Shown here: positions 1-9,689 of the stretch, piece by piece
How positions within the stretch are numbered: the first letter of the stretch is position 1
Layout: every line of letters starts with the position of its first letter
Source of the DNA: a bacterium
Lineage (GTDB): Bacteria; Hinthialibacterota; Hinthialibacteria; Hinthialibacterales; Hinthialibacteraceae
Assembly (NCBI GenBank): GCA_963662285.2
Contig: CAXXMV010000006.1
Coordinates: forward strand, 96,001-160,000
DNA: 64,000 bases
Direction: 5' to 3'
The notes under the pieces: model-generated
Seen by the model: the letters and a program-made list of their open reading frames with translations, nothing else
What the model was told of the DNA's origin: nothing
Databases searched by the model: none
Made by a program: the position numbers and the translations under genes

Positions 1-1
1 T

Positions 2-94
2 CACCAGGTTGGTTCCGTGCAGTTCACCTGGTTCCGTGATGTTACTCTCGAAACAACCGGTCCAGTTTCCGTCTCTCATTGGGAACTGCATTAA
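2..94 (+). CDS. 3' end of a CDS truncated by the window edge, ending ...TLETTGPVSVSHWELH*
   Basis: Frame 2 is open from base 2 to TAA at 92-94 and is followed by a terminator. The ending matches the terminal motif of the two serine hydrolases. Confidence 0.8.
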   Translation, partial: HQVGSVQFTWFRDVTLETTGPVSVSHWELH

Positions 95-141
95 GATTTA
101 GGCCATATTTTTATGCTGTAATATATATTATGTAATTATTC

Positions 142-177
142 AAAAGCCCTCTTCCTTTGTGGAGAGGGCTTTTTTTT
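142..177 (+). terminator. Rho-independent terminator
   Basis: AAAAGCCCTC-TTCC-tttgt-GGA-GAGGGCTTTT stem followed by a T-run. Confidence 0.85.
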
Positions 178-449
178 ATGACAAATTTTCTGCTGATATT
201 GTTCTCTGTTTAACTTTTTTTGCGGTCTATCGAATCTATAAATGAATTCAGGAGGGATTCTTTTGACCTGGATTATAAATTATTCCTAAATATTCATTAA
301 ACCGTACTTATTTATTCTCAAAAGGTACAATAAATATATAAGAGTCTGAGTTGAGAACAATTCTGAATGGAGAGAAATAATTTAATCTGTTTAAGAAAAG
401 AAAAATAAAAACTGCAAATATTATTGTATTACTTTAGGATGTTATAGTT

Positions 450-3400
450 ATGCTTATATCATTCATCAACAATATCTCATTATTACTGGCATTAAGCATT
501 TGTCATTCCTTCATTTTGAAGCGTTGGAAGCCCGATACCTTACCCTATCAAATCACCTCTGGAATCCTGTTTGGCTGTATAACTATCGCGGGAATGATGA
601 ATCCATTCGTGATGACCGAAGGCATCATTTTTGATGGGCGCTCTTTCGTTGCAAGTATTGCCGGGCTAATGGGGGGATCCATTACGGCGATTATTGTAGT
701 TCTCATCGGTGGAGCTTACCGGATATGGGGGATTGGCGGTGGTGGGGCGTTAATGGGAGTTTGCGTATTATCAACATCGGCTGGCTTAGGCGCTTTATAC
801 CGTTATTGGAGAAGCGACAAGCCGGAATTCATTACTCCTTTATATCTCTACTGCTTTGGCGTAATTGTTCACATTACCATGATTTTATGGATGTTCACCT
901 TACCTGCAGATAAAGTATGGATGGCAATTTCTAATATCTCTATACCGGTAATGATAATTTTTCCAATATGTACTGTTGTTCTTGGAAAAATGCTTTATGA
1001 ACAGATTATTTCTTTATCTATGCAAATAGACTTAGAAAAAAGCGAAGAGAAATACCGTGAACTAGTAGAACATGCCAACAGCATCATATTGCGATTGGAT
1101 ATAGCTGGGAACATTAAATTTTTTAATGAATATGCTCAGAAATTTTTTGGTTATTCAGAGGATGAAATAATTGGCCGTTCGATTATTGGAACAATAGTAC
1201 CGGAAACAGAAAGCACTGGCCGTGATCTCAGTAAGATCGCGGAACAAATTACCAATAATCCTGATAAATATTCAGTAAATGAAAATGAAAATATACGAAA
1301 AAATGGAGAACTCGTCTGGATCTCGTGGACTAATAAGGTGATTGTTGATGAAAATAATCAACCAACCGAACTTCTTTGTATTGGTAATGACATAACCGAA
1401 CACAGGCAGGCCGAAGAATCATTGCGTAAGAGTGAACAACAATACAAAATCCTGGCGGAGAATGTAACCGATGTTATTTGGACTGCTGATATGAATCTTC
1501 GGTATACCTACATCAGTCCTTCTATTAAACAACTAATAGGTTTTACTGTTGAAGAGCATATTTCAAAGACTATCGAGCAGATGATTACCCCTGCATCTTA
1601 CGATTACGCTATGAAGGTATTTGCGGAAGAACTTGCCATAGAAGCGACCGAAAATAAGGACTTGCACAGGTCACGGACGCTGGAAATCGAGCAATTCTGT
1701 AAAGACGGTTCAACCATCTGGACAGAGGAAAAATTGGTTTTCCTGCGCGACGAATCTGATCAGGCGGTAGGGATTCTAGGGGTTGCGCGAGATATAACCG
1801 AGCTCAAGCGTGCGGAAACTTATCGGCAACTTTCCTCAGAAGTGCTTTCCATTCTTAACGAGTCAGCGGGATTACATGAGGCTATCCAGCGTGTCCTTGA
1901 AGCCATCAATCTGGTTACGAATTGCGATGCCGTAGGAATCCGTCTGAAATCAGAAGAAGACTTCCCGTATTTCGTGCAACATGGTTTCTCGAATGATTTC
2001 CTGCTTACAGAAAACACATTACTGGTGCGCGATCCGCAAGGTGGAATCTGTCGCGGCCCCGATGGCAAGGTCAGTTTGGAATGCACCTGCGGCTTGGTCA
2101 TTTCGGGGAAGACGGATCCGTCGAATCCGTCTTGCACTCCGAGAGGGAGTTTTTGGACCAATGATTCATTTCCGCTTCTCGATCTACCTGAATCAGATGA
2201 TCCCCGGATTCATCCACGCAACCAGTGTATCCACGAAGGCTACGGCTCGGTTGCACTGATACCCATTCACGGCGATCAACAGATTGTCGGCATTCTGCAA
2301 CTGAACGCCTTCAGGAAGAATTGCTTCAGTTTCGATGCAATCCAGTCGCTCGAAACAATCGCGGGTCATTTAGCCGTAGCATTGATGCGTAAGCAGGCCG
2401 AGGAAGCGCTGCGGATTGAGAAGCAATTGTCCGAAGACTACATAAACAGTATGCCGGGGTTGTTCTATGTGTTCGATGAAAAGCGATTTATCAGATGGAA
2501 CAAGGAATGGGAGAAAGTTACAGGCTACAGCAATGAGGAATTGGCCGTCAGGTATGGTACGGATTTCTTCGAAGGCGAAGATAGGGAACTCATTGAAGAG
2601 CGAATGTTGAAGGTCTTACATGAGGGCGCGGCGGAGGCTGAAGCGGAATTGGTAACAAAACATGGTATACGCATTCCCTATTATTTCAACGGATTACGTA
2701 AAGAATTCGATGGGAAACCATATATAGTCGGTTTAGGAATAGACATAACCGAGCGCAAGAGGACGGAAGCTCAACTTAAGATGCAGGCTCTTGTTCTTGA
2801 TCAGATTGATGAACACATAACGATCACTGATCTTTCTGGTGTTATAACTTATGTTAATAACGCGCAGAGCCGTATATTGGGCGAATCAATGGATAAATTC
2901 ATTGGGGAAACCACGAATATCTATGGGGAAGATCCTGAACAAGGCGCTACCCAAAAAGAAATTTTAGAAAATACTCTTCGAGATGGTTCATGGCGTGGTG
3001 AAGTGGTAAACCTGACTTATGATGGCCGCAAAGTCGTTATGGATTGCCGGACGCAAGTAGTACGAAATGAATATGGGAAAGCCATCTACTTGTGCGGCAT
3101 TGCATCTGACATCACCGAGCGCAAGCAGACCGATGAGGCATTGCGAAATAGCGAGGAAAAATTCCGGACAATAGCTGAAACATCGCCATTGGCAATATAC
3201 ATGTCGGTTGGAATAGAGCAGAAAGCCGAATACATCAATCCCACGTTCATAAAATTATTCGGGTATACCTTGGAGGATGCGCCAACTGTGGCAGATTGGT
3301 GGCCCAAGGCCTATCCCGATGAAACCTACCGCAGGCAAATCGTTGCTGAATGGCAACGCAAGGTTGAGAAAGCCATTGAGACAAAATCAGAAATTGAGCC

Positions 3401-4661
3401 GATGGAAGTTGTGGTTACTTGTAAGGATGGGTCGAAGAAGAATATCTCATGGGGTTTCATTTCCATAGGCAAACAGAACTGGGCTTTCGGCCTGGATCTG
3501 ACCGACCGCAAGCGTGCAGAGGAAGAATTATTGAAAGCCCGTAAACTGGAATCAGTTGGAATCCTCGCTGGAGGAATTGCGCATGATTTCAACAATCTTC
3601 TAATGGCAATCGTCGGTAATATATCATTAGCAAAAGCACTTTCCGATTCACCGGAAAAAATTAACGAGTGTTTATATGAAGCGGAAAAAGCAACCAATCG
3701 AGCGCAAAACCTGACTCAACAATTGCTCACTTTTTCTAAAGGCGGGGCGCCGGTCAAAGAAAGCGCGAATGTTGTTGACCTGGTTAAAGAAACAGCGGCT
3801 TTTTCCCTCAGAGGATCGAATGTTACTTATGATTTTGATTTTCCTGATAACCTTTGGCAAGTTGAGGTTGATAAAGGTCAGTTCAGCCAGGTTATCCAAA
3901 ACCTGGTTATCAATGCCGATCAAGCTATGCCGGAAGGTGGAACTATCTATATTAAAGGAGAGAATATCGCCATTTCGTATAAAGATGAAAAGCACGACTC
4001 TTCTCTACAGGAAGGAGATTATGTAAAACTCTCGATCAAAGACCAGGGAACTGGCATTCCCAAGGATCACCTGCAAAAGATATTTGATCCCTATTTCACC
4101 ACAAAACAGAAGGGTAGTGGATTAGGATTAGCCACAACATATTCAATCATAAAAAATCACCAGGGAGATATAACCGTAGAATCCCAAATCGGAGCAGGAA
4201 CAACATTTACTATTCATCTTCCTCGTTCATTCAAAGAGAGTTTGGCGACTCAAGAAACAGTCCAGGAAGAACTCTTAACAGACCAGGGGCGTATATTGAT
4301 CATGGATGATGAAAAAATGATCAGAGATGTCGCGGGCATGATGCTCGAACATATCGGTTATGAAGTTGACTTTGCCGAGGATGGATACAAAGCCATTGAA
4401 AAATACCTGGACGCACTCGAATCCGGTAATGGATTTAATGCGGTCATTATGGATTTAACAATCCCCGGAGGCATGGGAGGTAAGGAAGCCATACAAAAAC
4501 TATTAGCAATTGATCCACAAGTCAAAGCCGTTGTTTCCAGCGGCTACTCTAATGATCCAATAATGGCGGATTATAAAAAATATGGATTTTGCGGAGTAAT
4601 CAGCAAACCATACGTCATAGAAGATTTGGCGGTAACTTTGCAGAACGTAATACATAAGTAA
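450..4661 (+). CDS. Hybrid sensor histidine kinase (LytS/YhcK-type 5TM receptor, 5 PAS, GAF, HisKA, HATPase, REC)
   Basis: N-terminal TM region with IFDGRS, repeated DITE-RK PAS ends, H-box LAGGIAHDFNN, N-box NLVINA, DQGTG and GSGLGL boxes, receiver ILIMDDE...IMDL...SKP. Confidence 0.95.
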   Translation: MLISFINNISLLLALSICHSFILKRWKPDTLPYQITSGILFGCITIAGMMNPFVMTEGIIFDGRSFVASIAGLMGGSITAIIVVLIGGAYRIWGIGGGGALMGVCVLSTSAGLGALYRYWRSDKPEFITPLYLYCFGVIVHITMILWMFTLPADKVWMAISNISIPVMIIFPICTVVLGKMLYEQIISLSMQIDLEKSEEKYRELVEHANSIILRLDIAGNIKFFNEYAQKFFGYSEDEIIGRSIIGTIVPETESTGRDLSKIAEQITNNPDKYSVNENENIRKNGELVWISWTNKVIVDENNQPTELLCIGNDITEHRQAEESLRKSEQQYKILAENVTDVIWTADMNLRYTYISPSIKQLIGFTVEEHISKTIEQMITPASYDYAMKVFAEELAIEATENKDLHRSRTLEIEQFCKDGSTIWTEEKLVFLRDESDQAVGILGVARDITELKRAETYRQLSSEVLSILNESAGLHEAIQRVLEAINLVTNCDAVGIRLKSEEDFPYFVQHGFSNDFLLTENTLLVRDPQGGICRGPDGKVSLECTCGLVISGKTDPSNPSCTPRGSFWTNDSFPLLDLPESDDPRIHPRNQCIHEGYGSVALIPIHGDQQIVGILQLNAFRKNCFSFDAIQSLETIAGHLAVALMRKQAEEALRIEKQLSEDYINSMPGLFYVFDEKRFIRWNKEWEKVTGYSNEELAVRYGTDFFEGEDRELIEERMLKVLHEGAAEAEAELVTKHGIRIPYYFNGLRKEFDGKPYIVGLGIDITERKRTEAQLKMQALVLDQIDEHITITDLSGVITYVNNAQSRILGESMDKFIGETTNIYGEDPEQGATQKEILENTLRDGSWRGEVVNLTYDGRKVVMDCRTQVVRNEYGKAIYLCGIASDITERKQTDEALRNSEEKFRTIAETSPLAIYMSVGIEQKAEYINPTFIKLFGYTLEDAPTVADWWPKAYPDETYRRQIVAEWQRKVEKAIETKSEIEPMEVVVTCKDGSKKNISWGFISIGKQNWAFGLDLTDRKRAEEELLKARKLESVGILAGGIAHDFNNLLMAIVGNISLAKALSDSPEKINECLYEAEKATNRAQNLTQQLLTFSKGGAPVKESANVVDLVKETAAFSLRGSNVTYDFDFPDNLWQVEVDKGQFSQVIQNLVINADQAMPEGGTIYIKGENIAISYKDEKHDSSLQEGDYVKLSIKDQGTGIPKDHLQKIFDPYFTTKQKGSGLGLATTYSIIKNHQGDITVESQIGAGTTFTIHLPRSFKESLATQETVQEELLTDQGRILIMDDEKMIRDVAGMMLEHIGYEVDFAEDGYKAIEKYLDALESGNGFNAVIMDLTIPGGMGGKEAIQKLLAIDPQVKAVVSSGYSNDPIMADYKKYGFCGVISKPYVIEDLAVTLQNVIHK

Positions 4662-4916
4662 AACTCATCATAACCATAATTCCTGCTTATCTTGCAAAAA
4701 GGCAACCACCTGTTATAACGGATGGCTCTGTTCTTGACTTGTATCTCATAATAATGATAAAGTCCAAGAGAGCGTCCATTTTTTTCAAGAATAATCTTAC
4801 TCGCAGTTTAATTTTTTCTTATGTTATCTCCCTGGCCTAGTCTTTGTTATATTGCCTGTTGACGGTATTAGCCAGAGGCTGCCAGGATATACTTCGCCTG
4901 TTGAGATGAGCGAACT

Positions 4917-7900
4917 ATGAAAATAAAATATAGAGTTTTTATACTAATGCTTGTTTTAGTTGTACTGATTTCCGCCATCTATTCATACCAAAGTTATGTC
5001 ATGCAACGGAAATTATTGATGAAAGGCATTGATGAGAAACTTTATGTTTCTGCAAAAATGGCTCAGGCAATCCTGCCGCTGGATTATCACGACCGTATTG
5101 TCGATTCCACTTCTGTTTCAAAAAAAGAGTATGATCAAATTGTTGACCAGTATAACAAACTCTGCGTCGATCTTGATATAGAATACTTATGGAGTCTGAT
5201 GAAGGTCAATGGAAAAATCGTTTTCACATCATCCACCTCTCCTGACAAAAATGTAAACAACCAAAAACAAGCCAAGTTCTTCGAAATTCATACCAATCCC
5301 GATGCCTACAAGCAGGCTTTTACAACTCAGGAACCACAATATCAGATCATTATTGACAAATGGGGTAAGCTCAAGAGCGTCCTGATTCCCTTCCGAGACA
5401 GACATGGAAGACCATACTTATTCGGCGCATGCGCCGAATTATCAGAAATTGATCAGTTGCTAAATCAAAGTATTGAAGACTCGGCGTTTCTTGCTTTGGG
5501 ATTTCTGATTATTGGATCCATTTTCAGTTATATGTTTGCCAACCTGCTTTCTAAACCATTCAGTAATCTAACTAATGAAACAACAGAAATCGCATCAGCC
5601 CGACTGGACGGAATAATTGAGGAAAAAGGTTCTTATGAACAGGTTATGCTTGCGCGTAGTTTCAATCGCATGAGTTTGGTAATAAAGGAGAGAATCGCAG
5701 AACTGAAGAAGAGCGAAGAAAACCTGTATACCACCCTCAACTCTATCGGAGACGCCGTAATCTCCACAGATACCGAAGGCGCTATCACCCACATGAATCC
5801 GGTTGCCGAGAATCTCACCGGCTGGATGCTTGCAGAAGCGCAAGGCAAACCACTGACTGAAGTCTTCAATATTATCAATGCCAAGTCCAGGGAACCTGCA
5901 GTCAATCCGGTAAAAAAAGTGCTGGAAAGCAGCGAGATCGTTGGACTAGCCAATCACACTTCGCTCATCAGAAAAGATGGAACGGAATACCAGATCGCCG
6001 ATTCCGCCGCTCCCATTCGGGGCGTCGATAACGCTATAAACGGCGTTATTCTGGTTTTCCGGGATGTGACTGGCGATTACCGGTTGCAGGAACAACTCAA
6101 GGAAATCAACGAGAAATACCAACGCCTCGTCAGCAACTTGATCGGAACGTTTCTATACCGGCTTAATGTTAACGGAGTCTTCGAATACGTATCGCCGTCA
6201 ATCACCAAAGTCCTGGGCTACACCCAGGAAGAATTCTGCAAGCATTTCTCGACCTATCTTACCGACAATCCCATAAATCAGAAATCTCTTGAATTCTCAG
6301 CGCTAAGTCTACGTGGAATACAGCAACCGAGGTATGAACTCGAGATTTTCGCAAAGGGGAACGACATACACTGGCTAGAGGTTTCGGAAAGCGCAGTTCG
6401 AGATGAAAATGGGGAAATCGTGGCAGTGGAGGGTGTGGCCCATGATATCACAGAACGCAAACGATCCGAGGAGGAGCTCAGAAAAAGTCAAGACAAACTG
6501 ATGACCATCATTGATCAAGCCCCGGTCATGATTGATTCTTTCGACGAGAGCGGCAAGTGCCTGATTTGGAATGCAGAATGCGTCAAACGATTGGGGTGGA
6601 CTGCTGAAGAAGTTAACGCTGCGGATAATCCCATGGCCTTGTTTTATCCTGATCCAGAGATTCAGAAGCAAGTCTACATGGCATTAGAACTGGCTGACGG
6701 CTCATTCCGGGAATATACCCTCCAAACCAAGGAGGGTTCTACTGTTGAACAAGTCTGGGCGGATTTCCGCTTGCCCGACGGCGCCATCATCGGCCTGGGG
6801 TACGACATCACCGAGCGCAACCAGGCCGAGAGAGAGAGCGTAAAACTACAGTCGCAGTTAGCCCAAGCGCAGAAGATGGAATCCATAGGACGGCTGGCAG
6901 GCGGAGTGGCTCACGATTTCAACAACATGCTGTCAGTTATTCTGGGCTACGCAGAGATGGCCCAGAAACGGGTGGATTCTTCACAACCACTCCATGCAGA
7001 TCTTCAGCAAATCGTGAAAGCCGCCGAACGTTCCGCCGATCTTACCCGGCAACTGCTGGCTTTTGCCCGTAAGCAGACCGTTTTACCCAAAGTCATGAAC
7101 CTGAATGACGCGGTTGAGGTAATACTCAAAATGTTGCGCCGGCTCATTGGTGAAGATATAACCCTGGCCTGGATGCCAGGATCGGAACTATGGTCTATCA
7201 AGATGGATACCAGCCAGGTTGATCAGATTCTGACGAACCTGTGCGTCAATGCCCGCGATGCCATAACCGAAGTGGGGAAGATTACTATCGAGACGGATAA
7301 CTGCTTCTTTGATGAAACGTACTGCGCCGGACATGCTGGATTTGTCGTCGGAGAATATGTATTACTCGCTGTGAGCGATAACGGCTGCGGCATGGATAAG
7401 GAAACTCTTGCTCAAATATTCGAACCTTTCTTCTCTACCAAGAACATTGGTGAAGGCACTGGTCTGGGATTATCCACCGTCTACGGCATCGTTAAGCAAA
7501 ACCACGGATTCGTCTACGTATACAGCGAACCGCACCAGGGAACTACCTTCAAAATATATCTGCCCAGGTACAGGGACAAAGCCGGAACGTTACCAACTGA
7601 GAGAACAACGGAATTGGATCTCAGCGGCGGAGAAACTATCCTGTTGGTTGAAGATGAACCGTCGCTACTGATGTTGAGTACAAAAATGCTCGAAGAACTT
7701 GGCTATAGGATTCTGGCTGTGGGATCGTCGAGTGAGGCCATCGAACTGGCAGAAAAACACGCCGGTGAGATTCATCTGCTGCTGACCGACGTGATCATGC
7801 CAGAAATGAATGGTTGGGATCTGGCCCAAAACATTCTTTCACTTCACCCAGATATGAAGGTATTTTTCATGTCCGGCTATCCGGCCAATGTCATCGCTCA

Positions 7901-7997
7901 TCACGGCGTACTGGAAGAAGGGGTCAATTTTATTCATAAACCCTTTTCAATACAGGATATGGCAACCAAAATACGTGAAGTGCTGGATAATGATTAA
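4917..7997 (+). CDS. Hybrid sensor histidine kinase (periplasmic sensor, HAMP, 3 PAS, HisKA, HATPase, REC)
   Basis: Two TM helices flank a periplasmic domain. HAMP LARSFNRM, H-box LAGGVAHDFNN, GTGLGLS, receiver ILLVEDE...LTDVIMP...HKP. Confidence 0.95.
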   Translation: MKIKYRVFILMLVLVVLISAIYSYQSYVMQRKLLMKGIDEKLYVSAKMAQAILPLDYHDRIVDSTSVSKKEYDQIVDQYNKLCVDLDIEYLWSLMKVNGKIVFTSSTSPDKNVNNQKQAKFFEIHTNPDAYKQAFTTQEPQYQIIIDKWGKLKSVLIPFRDRHGRPYLFGACAELSEIDQLLNQSIEDSAFLALGFLIIGSIFSYMFANLLSKPFSNLTNETTEIASARLDGIIEEKGSYEQVMLARSFNRMSLVIKERIAELKKSEENLYTTLNSIGDAVISTDTEGAITHMNPVAENLTGWMLAEAQGKPLTEVFNIINAKSREPAVNPVKKVLESSEIVGLANHTSLIRKDGTEYQIADSAAPIRGVDNAINGVILVFRDVTGDYRLQEQLKEINEKYQRLVSNLIGTFLYRLNVNGVFEYVSPSITKVLGYTQEEFCKHFSTYLTDNPINQKSLEFSALSLRGIQQPRYELEIFAKGNDIHWLEVSESAVRDENGEIVAVEGVAHDITERKRSEEELRKSQDKLMTIIDQAPVMIDSFDESGKCLIWNAECVKRLGWTAEEVNAADNPMALFYPDPEIQKQVYMALELADGSFREYTLQTKEGSTVEQVWADFRLPDGAIIGLGYDITERNQAERESVKLQSQLAQAQKMESIGRLAGGVAHDFNNMLSVILGYAEMAQKRVDSSQPLHADLQQIVKAAERSADLTRQLLAFARKQTVLPKVMNLNDAVEVILKMLRRLIGEDITLAWMPGSELWSIKMDTSQVDQILTNLCVNARDAITEVGKITIETDNCFFDETYCAGHAGFVVGEYVLLAVSDNGCGMDKETLAQIFEPFFSTKNIGEGTGLGLSTVYGIVKQNHGFVYVYSEPHQGTTFKIYLPRYRDKAGTLPTERTTELDLSGGETILLVEDEPSLLMLSTKMLEELGYRILAVGSSSEAIELAEKHAGEIHLLLTDVIMPEMNGWDLAQNILSLHPDMKVFFMSGYPANVIAHHGVLEEGVNFIHKPFSIQDMATKIREVLDND

Positions 7998-8056
7998 GTT
8001 TTTTTTGTATAGCAATTTAGGATGGCTTATGCCTGATCGACCCATCAATTGATTTA

Positions 8057-8686
8057 TTACGGCGACGCTTGCTCTATGGAATCACTGTTTGCTTTATTTT
8101 CCAGACTCTTCACCCAGCTCTGTGGATAGAGTCCGTATGATTCAACCTGTTGGCCGGTTTCATTAAACAGATCAATCTTCATCAGCCCTTCATTGTCCAA
8201 TCCGATCAAGCCCCTTCGCTTCTCATGATCATCAAACAGCGAAATATGCGGAACGCCGCTTTCCTTCAAACCATATACCGAACGCATTCGACCCTGGTCA
8301 TCGAAGAATTTCAGTAAGGGATAACCTTCCACACCCACGCCGAAATGGGCGCGGGGATTCTGCATCTTATCCAGAATAGTAATTGCTGATGATCCAAGTA
8401 TCACCCGGTATTCACCGTCATCTCCGGTAACAATGTATTGCCGGGCGGTAAGGGATTTTTGTGAAGATAGCATAAAGGTGATAAGAAACGCAATCACCAA
8501 TATAATTGCGGTTCCACACAACGAAATCGCCGTAATTAGAAGACGGTTTCGTCGCTCCAGTTTGGAAACACGCGACTTGGCAACCTGCAACTCACGCGCA
8601 ATGACTTTAACGGCAATATTTATGTTGGGCTTTTTTAACATATTTATACTATGACGAAACAGTAAAAAGTTAAAAACTGCTTTCAT
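8057..8686 (-). CDS. Hypothetical single-TM protein with coiled coil and short beta repeats
   Basis: 209 aa ORF with coiled coil RVSKLERRNR, one TM, then repeats of roughly [IL]x[LF]xDxxxxxR. The start is uncertain. Confidence 0.75.
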   Translation of the reverse strand: MKAVFNFLLFRHSINMLKKPNINIAVKVIARELQVAKSRVSKLERRNRLLITAISLCGTAIILVIAFLITFMLSSQKSLTARQYIVTGDDGEYRVILGSSAITILDKMQNPRAHFGVGVEGYPLLKFFDDQGRMRSVYGLKESGVPHISLFDDHEKRRGLIGLDNEGLMKIDLFNETGQQVESYGLYPQSWVKSLENKANSDSIEQASP

Positions 8687-8933
8687 GATTTCAACAATTT
8701 GTAGATATTCAAGGTTGACTCATACGAAATATAGTGTGAGTTTCGTCCTACATCCACTTTTAGCCGACTCATCATACTATAGCGCTTGCCCATTGCATAC
8801 GCCAATTGACCTCTTCAGATTGTTAAAAAAATTGCAAAAAATAGAGCGATTCTCAAAATGATGTTCGTTTATTATCACGTTTAGTCTTTGAATAAGAAAG
8901 TTATTATATAAACTTCTCTAACAGGGAAATAGA

Positions 8934-9169
8934 ATGAATGATTTCTCATCGTACTCATCAGAAATCAATTTCATCCTGGCCGTTCTTCTTAAAGTAACAA
9001 TTGTTCTTGGTATAGCGTGGATGGGAGCCTGTCTCGCTACAATCTTAACCAACAAGATCACCGATAAAAATGTCTCGCTTCAGGCATGGACGACTATGTC
9101 TCCAAGCCGGTCAATTCCAAGATTCTGGTTGACATGATGGAGAAATGGCTTCCCAAATCTGACGTATAG
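8934..9169 (+). pseudogene. Chimeric remnant: hydrophobic N-terminal fragment joined to the C-terminal fragment of a receiver domain
   Basis: 8934 onward gives MNDF...LLKVTIVLGIAWMG. A different frame at 9068-9169 reads [33 protein letters not shown], a typical end of a hybrid-kinase REC domain, preceded in frame by a TAA. Confidence 0.75.
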
Positions 9170-9187
9170 CGCCAAAATGATACCATC

Positions 9188-9565
9188 ATGCCAACGAACC
9201 GGGAAGATAATATCTTCGACCAAGCCAATTTCATGAATCGTCTGCTGGGGGATGAAGAACTCGCCCAAGAGGTGATCGCCATATTTCTCGACGACATCCC
9301 GCTTCAGATCGCTGCAATCCGGGAAACTATGCAGCATGAAGACGCGGCTCGAATTAAGCATCAAGCCCATAACCTGAAAGGCGCCTCGGCCAATATGAGT
9401 GCAGGAGTCTTGCGGGAACTCGCATTCCAAATTGAAACAGCAGCCAAAACCAACCATTTAGAACAAGTTAAATCTCTCCTTAACCAATTTGAAAATCAGC
9501 TGGAGATATTAAAAACAACTTTGAACAACCTGGGCTACCTGGCTGCGCCTGAAGACAGTCAATAA
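9188..9565 (+). CDS. Hpt (histidine phosphotransfer) domain protein
   Basis: AHNLKGASANMSA motif and RLLGDEELAQEVIAIFLDD. Confidence 0.93.
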   Translation: MPTNREDNIFDQANFMNRLLGDEELAQEVIAIFLDDIPLQIAAIRETMQHEDAARIKHQAHNLKGASANMSAGVLRELAFQIETAAKTNHLEQVKSLLNQFENQLEILKTTLNNLGYLAAPEDSQ

Positions 9566-9689
9566 AAAGGACTGCTCGCGATAAATATTCCGATATTTTC
9601 ACATCCCCTCTTCATTTCATCCCGTAAAATATGTTAGTATGAAACCTGTAGAATCTAATTCATCCATCAATTCAAGCAGGATATTCACC

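Noticed and set aside
4720-4786. Imperfect long hairpin plus T-run between the two kinases
   Set aside because: It has many bulges and is most simply a weak terminator; there is not enough support for an RNA call.
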